Made by a program: the position numbers and the translations under genes. Below the pieces are notes generated by a model, which searched no databases, was not told where the DNA came from, and saw only the letters and a program-made list of their open reading frames with translations. This document shows, one piece after another, positions 11,001 to 19,163 of a stretch of DNA of 64,000 nt (positions within the stretch are counted from its first letter, which is position 1; every line of letters starts with the position of its first letter). The DNA is taken from NCBI GenBank assembly GCA_023334545.1, contig JAADVB010000032.1, positions 1 to 64,000 of the forward strand, read 5' to 3'. The DNA is from Salisapilia sapeloensis CBS 127946. Taxonomy: Eukaryota > Protista > Oomycota.

Positions 11001-14000
11001 TACTTTACAACTTTTCCAGCAAACAACTGCTTGCAGCAGTGCTTATTGCTTGGAAAGAAGACCATAGCAGACGACAACAGATTAAACAAGTACTTGAGCT
11101 TCGATTTCAGATCTATGCATCGGGTGTGAAGAGTATTTGGTTCCATCAATGGAGGAATACAACTACCTTCTTACGAACATGTGAAATTACCACACTTCGT
11201 AATCGTAATGCTGAGCAACTCCTTACTCTCCAAAATAACGGAAGAGAGCTCGAGCAAATGTTGATGGAGTTGAATCATAAGCGAGCGGACCTAGAGACAC
11301 ATGAGCTACGGAAGCGATCAGATCACTTTCTTCTTAAGCGAGTCTCGGCAAGTTGTGCGTTGATTCGATCGTTTTATACTTGGCGCATCATTCATGTCCG
11401 CCTTATCTTTCATCGTAACGAAGTTAAACGCTTAATGAATATGAACATGCTCAAGCTGACTCGAAGATTATACAACGCATGGAAACGTTTTTGGTATGAC
11501 AGTACGAAAAGGTCTAGGATAGTAGAAGCTAAGTACCGTTCAGCTTGTGATCAGTGTCTGCGTTCTTGCTTTAGCAAGTGGCTAGACTTCATCGTCACGA
11601 CTGGAATCAATAGACAAAAGACAGACAAACTACAATGTCGAGCAAGGCTTCGGTGTATGCGTCAATGCTTCGACGAGTGGTGCCACAGCCTACGTCAAAT
11701 AGATCGAGCACGAGTCATTTGGACAAAGGTGACGACGAATGCGTGTCATGGAAAACTGCATGCAGCCTTTGACAAGTGGAAGGATGACGTAGAAACTATG
11801 AACAGAATGGAAAAGGATAAGGAAGACCGACAGAAAAAGCTTATGGCGTATCTGATGGACAAAGACGAAATGAGACTGAGCGATGTGATGGATCGATGGA
11901 AGTCGCATACGAATGAGCGAAGGAATCTTCGCCTTGAAGTGAATCACAGATACAAATTGCATTGTCGGACGCTTTTGCAGCGTATATGGGATGATTGGAT
12001 CGGCTATATAGAACGAGAAAAACAACAGTGCACTGGTATCAATCGCACTGTTCAAATATGGCAACGGCGTCGTGAGCGATCTGCCTGGACGCAATGGACA
12101 CGGGTAGTTGCATTCTTGAACAAGCAGGAAATGGCTCAGCAGCAGCATGATCTTTTGGCACAAGTTGACAGTTTCTCCACCTCACTAAAAGAAAAGTGTG
12201 AGCAGTACGAGCAGTCCGAAGCTCATTTGAAAGCAACAAAAGAAAGGCTGCTAGAGGTGGAACAAGAGCTGAGTCACCGAACGAAGCAGCAAGAGATACA
12301 AGATAGCTATGCAACCGATAAATTTACAAAGATGAGGATGGTAACGAAGCTTTTGTACCTTCGCCAGGACCAGCTATCGACAGCTAAAGTCCAAGCTTTT
12401 CAGAAATGGCTAAGCTTTATCCGTGATATGAGCTTTCTCGAGCGTACGTTTGGAAAGATAATCAATATCGTTCGGCATGCGACTACAAGAAGAGGCTTTC
12501 GAACATGGAAATTTCATCTACTGCAGCACGCTGGGTTGGAAGCTCTTCAACGTCGTGTAAAGCAGCGTCAGTTGAAACGTGCCGTGAAATGCTTTAGACT
12601 TGTGTGGCAAAGACACATTCGACTGAAGCGATTACTTTTATCAAGGATGATAAAGAACGGTCAAGCTTCGCTTTCACAAGTTCGTTTGCATTTTAAATTG
12701 TGGCAAACTTCAGCTGCGCTCATGTCCAAAACAATCGAGCAAGCTATTGACCATAATGCGTTGTATTCAAAGCTCGATCGCTACAAAGGTCAACTTCAGA
12801 ACTTGACATTAAATAAATGGTGCTGGCTTGCATATCGACGAAGACTGGGACAAATGAAAGTCTTCTTTGATGTATTACGAGAGAAGCAAACAGGCAAGCG
12901 TGCTGTATTGTTAGCAATGCGCCAACAAGGCGAGCGGAAGGGTACACATCGATATAGGCCAAGTCATGTGCAAGTCAATGGAAGCATGCTATCCCAAGAA
13001 GAGCAGCATTTGCTTACTACTATATCACATTCTCTTGGAACTTTCTTCACTGCCATTGGAAAAAGCAAACGACTAATTGAAGTCTTTACGTACGTCAATA
13101 GCATAGGGAGTCAGCTTTTTGATGGTTGCTCGTCGGTGCTTTTTCTATTGGACACGCAGCGTAACGAGCTCTGGGCACAGCAGACAGACGAGAGTATATT
13201 GCACTTTGCTTCTTCACTCGGAATCACCGGACATGCTGTTAGTACCAAATTTCCAATCTTTGTGGAAGATGCGATGCACGACTTTCGGTATAATCCGATT
13301 GTTGACTATTTAGTCCTCTCGCAGTTTATGAAAAAGGGGATGAGCATGTCTGGAGGCTTGAACCATCATACAACCAGCTTGTGCTCTCAGGACACGGTGG
13401 CTTGTATATTTGCAGTACCTTTACTTTCTGTAAATGGTAACCCTGTCGGAGTAGTCGAGCTTGCCTTCGAAGTCAAGGATAAGAACACCAATATGAGTGA
13501 CAGACTACAAGCACGATGTGTCCAACTTGTTGGTACGATCACTGCAAAGTATTTGGAATCGCTCTTTGATGGCATGACTCGACATGCTAACGACTCGAAG
13601 CTAGCTTTGGAGAGAAATAGGTTCACAAAACTCTTTTATCAATGTAAGAATTGGCGAAAATATTATTCTGCCATGGATCGCAAAGTCGCTCGTACGGAGG
13701 ATCAATTGCAAATTCTCGCGAGAAGTGAAGAAGAATTATCGTCAAGTAACCAAAAGCTCGAGAAGGCTTTAAAAGACCTAGAAAAGAAATATCAACAGGC
13801 TCATGACCAAAAGCAAGAAGCATTTGGACGAGCAGCTACTTGTGAGCAAGAGATATCGACTCTACATGACAAAATATCGGAGCTCCAACAGAGCATTCGC
13901 AAGCATCGCAAAGAGCTGAAGAGGAGGGAAGTGGAACTCACGAATGCTGTGAGTCAGAATGAAAATACTGACCTCACCCGTTTGCTATGGAGAGCCACGG

Positions 14001-14269
14001 ATGGACACACCAACGATGCAGATAACGACAGGTTGTCGAGAAAGAGCCACGACGGAGAGAAGGAAAACAGTTTAGAAGCATACAGACTACTAAAAGCTGA
14101 TCAAGCAAGTTTAAAGAATAAACTCGCTCGGGTTGAATCCGACTCCAAAGTGCTTGTGAACGCCGTTCACGTCGCCTGCACTCACCAAGGAGAGCTTCCA
14201 GTGTCTCTGCAGCAGGAAGTTGACCGAATTACGAAGAGAATGACGAAGGTATCGCAGAATAGTCGATGA
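8030..14269 (+). CDS. Giant Sfi1-like (centrin-binding) repeat coiled-coil protein with a C-terminal GAF domain
   Basis: Uninterrupted ORF of about 2,080 aa; first ATG 8030. About 30 L-x3-F-x2-W-K/R motifs spaced 33 aa. GAF-like segment at about 13010-13560 (VLFLLDTQRNELW...GITGHAVSTKFPIFVEDAMHDFRYNPIVD...IFAVPLLSVNGNPVGVVEL), then coiled coil. Confidence 0.8.
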   Translation: MDWKSPDSSDLDEHDVDDIEYIFDSSAMHRSSPSAGKFQVGQNWKSALCVTSLYDSYLQVMEENKTLKSKLKEVQKRPSKDAQIHPLEKKSGRKECRKPITNASKDTVEQELIESEKEQSEQRLQYLEREVARWKSLYEKEKKKAQDRVDRDPLTAQRQAMSAQSLQHALDEQVHTNQELTLTCERLQFMNERMKETHDERIQELETQLASFQTSQDEMKKANMMAIIQRMANANLYRAFRNWMKHTHVEVGRNAHQDQVQLLQQQLESERHHMRATYIRKLYLDRTKRCLHRYYTAWRSVYKAQRTRKDAIVYMRTKSTKHIRLSAFSHWRVQIENLVNHRNSLLAMVCRLQKYHFRTCYRKWANEVFVRQHMLQSNQQRAEHDEKNKELTSTLDTANQKLLQAHEDLCQYQEEIKRLRQICNKEQEERARHETKVKERLASFFRKNNDAYLLRSTFESWVLSTSQQVQRQVQIRNVAAELNRKKLCLYVRQWHKSTSEKRMKHQVLLHAVTRMRYAIVIRCFQSWKANVENKREKKALVNRVIYRWKKLQILQVFNSWKSHTEVVVSTRRSLDRLVLLFVKMQVGMGWKQWVDVSDEMAKETKDRLRLEQEKERKRELEEIKRSILTLNSYFTMWKGAIRLKATHMKILQKWGVRCNSNLQKTYWRLWKQSISEQKEHRIKLKKWIRRWKVVKLQKAWTQWIVQGMRLENADKVTNVANQYNVRLEELEQSLKQRQEKEVEQQREREMADNTYSAALQVKDRIVSEKDASKRRYAQALMKIFTSKQNGRLVATVFRCWKCFVDENLALKAKVMSFLRQQDTTVVQRIFTQWRTSYQRLRGMKKALGLLHTYIGASYVDRCFSSWKYYIHLEQTIKLFATAFAMTCDQYVLQTTFRQWQTEAHARRVMRSTVQRLLVQSAYLDVQHAFSKWTRVMMEAQREEMVHEKEQRLRLVQEKIVYRWGCRSIRMVFHAWKVYVGVKRRMNQGYILLYNFSSKQLLAAVLIAWKEDHSRRQQIKQVLELRFQIYASGVKSIWFHQWRNTTTFLRTCEITTLRNRNAEQLLTLQNNGRELEQMLMELNHKRADLETHELRKRSDHFLLKRVSASCALIRSFYTWRIIHVRLIFHRNEVKRLMNMNMLKLTRRLYNAWKRFWYDSTKRSRIVEAKYRSACDQCLRSCFSKWLDFIVTTGINRQKTDKLQCRARLRCMRQCFDEWCHSLRQIDRARVIWTKVTTNACHGKLHAAFDKWKDDVETMNRMEKDKEDRQKKLMAYLMDKDEMRLSDVMDRWKSHTNERRNLRLEVNHRYKLHCRTLLQRIWDDWIGYIEREKQQCTGINRTVQIWQRRRERSAWTQWTRVVAFLNKQEMAQQQHDLLAQVDSFSTSLKEKCEQYEQSEAHLKATKERLLEVEQELSHRTKQQEIQDSYATDKFTKMRMVTKLLYLRQDQLSTAKVQAFQKWLSFIRDMSFLERTFGKIINIVRHATTRRGFRTWKFHLLQHAGLEALQRRVKQRQLKRAVKCFRLVWQRHIRLKRLLLSRMIKNGQASLSQVRLHFKLWQTSAALMSKTIEQAIDHNALYSKLDRYKGQLQNLTLNKWCWLAYRRRLGQMKVFFDVLREKQTGKRAVLLAMRQQGERKGTHRYRPSHVQVNGSMLSQEEQHLLTTISHSLGTFFTAIGKSKRLIEVFTYVNSIGSQLFDGCSSVLFLLDTQRNELWAQQTDESILHFASSLGITGHAVSTKFPIFVEDAMHDFRYNPIVDYLVLSQFMKKGMSMSGGLNHHTTSLCSQDTVACIFAVPLLSVNGNPVGVVELAFEVKDKNTNMSDRLQARCVQLVGTITAKYLESLFDGMTRHANDSKLALERNRFTKLFYQCKNWRKYYSAMDRKVARTEDQLQILARSEEELSSSNQKLEKALKDLEKKYQQAHDQKQEAFGRAATCEQEISTLHDKISELQQSIRKHRKELKRREVELTNAVSQNENTDLTRLLWRATDGHTNDADNDRLSRKSHDGEKENSLEAYRLLKADQASLKNKLARVESDSKVLVNAVHVACTHQGELPVSLQQEVDRITKRMTKVSQNSR

Positions 14270-14322
14270 GACTTGCCTTCGTATACATAGATAGAAGAGA
14301 AATAAAGCGATAACGTTTTCTA

Positions 14323-16308
14323 TTACGCATGCAATTGGAGCTGAATCTCACATTTTTCCTTCCTGGCCTTGTTCAACCTGTCGTTCATAATGTCCACCAA
14401 AAGCTTATGCGTTCCAAGTGGTTCCGTTACGAGCATGTTGACCTGTGGATGCTGCTTTCGTGCTTCCTCTAGTATCTCTGCGATATCTCCTCCTGGACCA
14501 GCATGACGTCCGTTGGAGAGGAAGAGTAGTGTGACAACGACAGTGCCACTAGTGATGTTGTAGTGTTCTAAAGCAGTTTCCAACAGAGGGCCGTTAAAGT
14601 CGTATTCCTCTCCGTCCCTCCTTTCCATACAGGTAGTCGCGATCATCGATACATCCTGAACAGACTGGTTCTGTGGTAGAACTTCACGTAGCTGTTGCGC
14701 CACAAACTCTCGCGTCTCATGCACACGCTGGTTGGGCGTGCCGTGGTCCAGTACAAGTACGTGTACTGGTCCAGTGGTCGACTCGTTCTGTGCCAAGCAC
14801 GAAGCAATTCGGTCCGATAGGATATGAGCGACTCTGTCATCACTTTGCAGCGTCATATCAATCAGCGGGGAAGCGCATCTAACATCAAGTGCCCCGAGAG
14901 CATCTTTCTCAACGTCCGTTTCATTCACAAAGCGATCCCAACACTTGTGAACGACGGACGGAAGAAAGTCAGTTAGTGTCGCGCTAACACCAAAGAACTC
15001 TGGAACGATGACAACATGTTTTTCATCGTGAGGATATCGCTTCACAAAGTCCGATAGGACCATCTCAAAGTTTTTCGCTGGAATGTCATGCAGTTTCGAG
15101 GAATCCACTCGATTGGAAAAGCGGAAGCTACATGGAACGACATACGAGTCTGTCTTTTCGCTGAGAGCAAACGATAGCTTACGGAGATCCAAGAATGGTT
15201 CTGGACGCAACGACCCGATGTTTGCGACGATGACGAGCTCTCTCTTCCGTCGCTTGGACTCGTTTGAAAATGCTTTTAAAGACTTCTGAACACCAGCGTA
15301 CACCATCTCAGCTTCGGTGTTGTAATACTTCTCTGTACGCCATTGATCCAATAGCCCGTGTCTGTACGTAGGATGGATCAAGTCGGCATCGAGCTCATCG
15401 TACAGCTTAGCATTGGACACGACTTTAAATTCAGCGTAAAACGTCTTTGCCATGGCACTCATACCCTTTTCTGCCTCCTCCCATGGCACTGCAGGTGGTA
15501 CGTCGTTACCCAAAAGTTCATGCGCAAAGGCAGCGACTTCATGACCTGGTGCTGGCTCATCGTCACACACGTTAAAAATAGTAGTTCCAAGAGTGGCACT
15601 TTTACGAGCTGATAGGAGAAGGACTTGAGTGATGTCGTCGACATGCGTTCGGTTGAAAGAGCGGTTGGGAAGGTATACACGAGGCTTGGAGGAGTCTTGT
15701 GCTTTGACTAGCGGACCACGGCCGGGTCCATAGATTCCGGCAAGTCGAAAGACCTGAACAGGAAGCTCTTTACCGACATCTAGCCACTGCTTTTCAGCGA
15801 TGATCCGACGTTGGTTGCGAGCTACAGTTGTGGTCGTCGGATTCGACTCATACACGACTGCTCCGTCACTATCTCCGTAGACACCAATGGTAGAGAGGTA
15901 GCCAACCCATTCTAACTTTGATTCTTCACTACTTGAAGCCTTAGATGCATCTAAAATTGTTTGCTGGAAGTGTGATAGCACGGGATCCATCGACACTTCT
16001 TCATCGTCCTTCGGTACTGCTTTACTGCGAAATGGTGGAATGGAGATGATCATGTGTGTTGCATTTTTAATGCAATCCTCCACAGGTACTGAGTTGGATG
16101 CACTCCATCCTTCATCACCATCGAACAGAAAAATATTCGATGACGTGAACTCGGCATACTTGGAAATGAGTGAGTCTGCAGCCTCTTGGCTGCGTACAGT
16201 ACCTGCAATCGAGTAGCCTAGTTGACTGAATGCTAGTGCAGCCTGCGTGGAGCTGTATCCAAGTCCGAAGACGAAGAGAGACTTGTTGTTGGTCGAAGAC
16301 GAGCTCAT
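14323..16308 (-). CDS. Fusion of an atypical SDR/NAD(P)-dependent epimerase (YeeZ/SDR_a5-like) and a CbiX/SirB-type class II chelatase
   Basis: Single-exon 661-aa ORF. N-terminal half: LFVFGLGYSS, GTVRS, YLSTIGVYGD, FRLAGIYGPGR, FNRTHVDDI, FNVCDDEP. C-terminal half from about 15240: VANIGSLRP, VLVLDHGTP, CMERRDGEEYDFNGPLLE, LFLSNGRHAGPGGDIAEI. Confidence 0.8.
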   Translation of the reverse strand: MSSSSTNNKSLFVFGLGYSSTQAALAFSQLGYSIAGTVRSQEAADSLISKYAEFTSSNIFLFDGDEGWSASNSVPVEDCIKNATHMIISIPPFRSKAVPKDDEEVSMDPVLSHFQQTILDASKASSSEESKLEWVGYLSTIGVYGDSDGAVVYESNPTTTTVARNQRRIIAEKQWLDVGKELPVQVFRLAGIYGPGRGPLVKAQDSSKPRVYLPNRSFNRTHVDDITQVLLLSARKSATLGTTIFNVCDDEPAPGHEVAAFAHELLGNDVPPAVPWEEAEKGMSAMAKTFYAEFKVVSNAKLYDELDADLIHPTYRHGLLDQWRTEKYYNTEAEMVYAGVQKSLKAFSNESKRRKRELVIVANIGSLRPEPFLDLRKLSFALSEKTDSYVVPCSFRFSNRVDSSKLHDIPAKNFEMVLSDFVKRYPHDEKHVVIVPEFFGVSATLTDFLPSVVHKCWDRFVNETDVEKDALGALDVRCASPLIDMTLQSDDRVAHILSDRIASCLAQNESTTGPVHVLVLDHGTPNQRVHETREFVAQQLREVLPQNQSVQDVSMIATTCMERRDGEEYDFNGPLLETALEHYNITSGTVVVTLLFLSNGRHAGPGGDIAEILEEARKQHPQVNMLVTEPLGTHKLLVDIMNDRLNKARKEKCEIQLQLHA

Positions 16309-16572
16309 GAGCGGCGTATGCTGGTTGTGCTAAGATGTTCTTCTTGGCAATAAAATGCTCATAAAACGTCATAATTATGTTTTATTCATTGCTACCCTAC
16401 TCCGTTGAAGAAAAGATTTATTTATTCTTTACATATTTACAAAAGTATCAGAAGTATTTACATATCTTTGTTAAGTTGCGAGGAGGTCGAGTTATAATTA
16501 GCTTTTCCTGCTGAAAATGGCCTTCGTGAGTTTCCTTTTTGCTGCTGGAGGAAAGGCTGACAAGTTACTTGT

Positions 16573-18963
16573 TTGTTCTGGATACAGGGACTTGAAGCGC
16601 TCTTTTGCATGATGTGGATGTTAGATAAAGCCAAGCAATGTTCATGCAAAGATTACCCGAAGAGGTTTTGCGTCATTGTGCCGTTTATCGCAGTGTTATT
16701 GCTATTTGCGACTGATGTCTTGGATCTTTGGTTTAAAACTGTATGGATCGGGCCCATAGACTCGTTTTCTTTCCGAACGACAGAGGTTATTGTTATCGAT
16801 GATACCAGGTCCATTACGAGTGAGTCATGGAAGAGCAAAACGGGTGTGATTATGTCTTCGTGGGAAGCATATTCTCAGCTATGCAGTGAAATTTATCCAG
16901 ATCAAAAGGAGAGAATACATTCGTTCCTAGGCAAAGATTGCCACACCGAGAAACTTGCCAGTCAAGATCTTGGTACAAGGAACTATGAAGCAGATTCAGG
17001 ACAAGTCGTTGAGCAAATGGTATTCTCTGCGAGTATTCGAGCTGATTCGGTCGCTTGGGCTAGCTGCATGCTGCTTCCCCCTAATTTGAGGCCGCCACTT
17101 TGCTATGAAGATATCGTGAGCGAATACGCTGAACGATATGCTCTTGGACCTGTTCACGACCAACCAGCTATACCAGACGATCCTATATCTCAAAAGGAAC
17201 TGCTATCGATGATTCAGCTTTTAAGCAGCACACCACGACTTCATAGTTTCGTCTGCTCAGTTGCAGTGAATTTGAATGAGCCAGAGATTGACAACAGAAT
17301 TTATTATGTTTGCGCGCTTGGTGGTACCCCGCGCCGAATTGCACTGATTGGGCACTATGCTCACGGTGTCAGGCATTTACTGAAGCAGCATGCATGGATG
17401 GCAAAAGATGCTTTATCTGCGCTAGGCATGCAAATATCGTTAAGACAAATGGGAGAGTCTACATACAACATAATATCGCAAAAGAACCATTCCATCCTCA
17501 TTGAAGAATCGTTAGCCGTAGATATATCAGCATTTGGAGGTCTGTATGCGTTATCGATCGCAATCGACACCTGCTTGCTTGTTCTGCACATATTCAGCGC
17601 GATAAAAACTTACAAGCAAAACTTAATCACATCTGAGTACATTACCTCTATCTCTAACAGTGCCGATGTTAAATGGACTGAGCAGTGGACTAATGTTTAT
17701 CGCTCATTGTATCGAAGTCCGATCATCATGTGTATGACGATCGTGTCTGGAATAGTGGCATGGTTTGATGTTACTTCAGTGGCTGCAATTTCTCCGGATA
17801 AGTATGGTGTGTATGGAAATGGGCTTGTGCTGCTCGCACTTGTTCGACTGTGGATGGTGATCGTGTGTATTTTCAATATGATTTGGGATGTAATAGTTAT
17901 TGTCATTAGTGAGACAAGAGCTTACTACGTAACACAGAAAACCTTTGTAAAATCCAGCGAGATTGCTTTTACATGCGGTCTTGTTGCCTTGTTGGATGCA
18001 TCTCACATGCAAGGACGTATCCTGCAAAAGCGTGATGTGGAGGTTCAGCGAATGTGGAATTACCACTCATTTCCGAATTCACATGCATATGCAAATGTGT
18101 TCACTGAGGATGATTGGGAACAGAATCCAACATTGCAATGGAGATGTGTATTTGGTCCCTTCCTCAATTACATTGCAAAATGCGTCATCGCTATCATCAT
18201 TATCGCATTTGTTCGCGGTCTATATTATGGCATATATCTCGCACGCCGACACAGTGCTGCAAACGAATCGGTTAGTGATTCTATAGACTCGGGCCAGTCG
18301 GAAGGAAAAGTAATTCCACTTGACTTGGATAATCTCGATGATCTCACGAATGTACTGGAAGCTCCATCACTGGGCGCAACCTGGGATGGAGCTAGAACGA
18401 GTGAATCGTACTCCCGATTGCCGATAGAAGTGTTGATGCGAAGTCCGATTCGAGCACGATCTCTTGTTCGAAATTCAGTTCATCTCGAGTTTGAAGACGA
18501 TAGCAGCCAAATGATTGTACTACCGAGCATTGTGTACGACTTTGGTATCGCGGTCCAAGGAGACCAGCTTACGAAGCGCTTTGGATTCATTGGTACTGTC
18601 TTCCATTCACGCTTGAATATCGAAAACTTGCTTTTAGATATTGAACCACAAGAAGTCAAAGTTCAAGAGAATGTGTTTACGGCGTACTCTGCGCCACCGA
18701 AATCCATCCACCGAACCACTTCCTTCTATCAGAGCTCTCCTCGATCACCAAAAGTTGTACCAAAGTTCACAAGCCCGAAGTCCAGCTTGGAAAGCTCTCA
18801 CAAAATCAAAAGTGCTACGGAAGTAGACTTTGCAAATGCACTTCAACGGCGGCTCGAAGAAGAATCGAAACAACCGAAATTAACCAAAGCTAAATCTGTT
18901 CGTCGAAGAAAGAGCATGGCAGATTTTTCTGCCGAAGCTCTAGAGATACATAAAGAGCTATAG
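16573..18963 (+). CDS. Multi-pass transmembrane protein resembling an oomycete-specific family; unknown function
   Basis: 796-aa ORF with an N-terminal TM helix, a large extracellular/luminal region with conserved-looking cysteines, 5-6 further hydrophobic helices and a Ser/Lys-rich cytosolic tail. True start may be the ATG near 16609. Confidence 0.75.
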   Translation: MFWIQGLEALFCMMWMLDKAKQCSCKDYPKRFCVIVPFIAVLLLFATDVLDLWFKTVWIGPIDSFSFRTTEVIVIDDTRSITSESWKSKTGVIMSSWEAYSQLCSEIYPDQKERIHSFLGKDCHTEKLASQDLGTRNYEADSGQVVEQMVFSASIRADSVAWASCMLLPPNLRPPLCYEDIVSEYAERYALGPVHDQPAIPDDPISQKELLSMIQLLSSTPRLHSFVCSVAVNLNEPEIDNRIYYVCALGGTPRRIALIGHYAHGVRHLLKQHAWMAKDALSALGMQISLRQMGESTYNIISQKNHSILIEESLAVDISAFGGLYALSIAIDTCLLVLHIFSAIKTYKQNLITSEYITSISNSADVKWTEQWTNVYRSLYRSPIIMCMTIVSGIVAWFDVTSVAAISPDKYGVYGNGLVLLALVRLWMVIVCIFNMIWDVIVIVISETRAYYVTQKTFVKSSEIAFTCGLVALLDASHMQGRILQKRDVEVQRMWNYHSFPNSHAYANVFTEDDWEQNPTLQWRCVFGPFLNYIAKCVIAIIIIAFVRGLYYGIYLARRHSAANESVSDSIDSGQSEGKVIPLDLDNLDDLTNVLEAPSLGATWDGARTSESYSRLPIEVLMRSPIRARSLVRNSVHLEFEDDSSQMIVLPSIVYDFGIAVQGDQLTKRFGFIGTVFHSRLNIENLLLDIEPQEVKVQENVFTAYSAPPKSIHRTTSFYQSSPRSPKVVPKFTSPKSSLESSHKIKSATEVDFANALQRRLEEESKQPKLTKAKSVRRRKSMADFSAEALEIHKEL

Positions 18964-19163
18964 GACCACTCTTGAAGGCACAGCTAACCACACCCATTAT
19001 ACCATGAAATGAAAAAAATAAAATCGTTGGGTGCCTTGCACAACTATATTATCCCTCCTGTTACTTCACTGCGTTGTCGCATGTTGATTTGAACAAAACT
19101 CCTTGTAGCTGTAAACTTTATCTTTACAGATACATCGAAATAACGATACCACGCCCGAAACCT

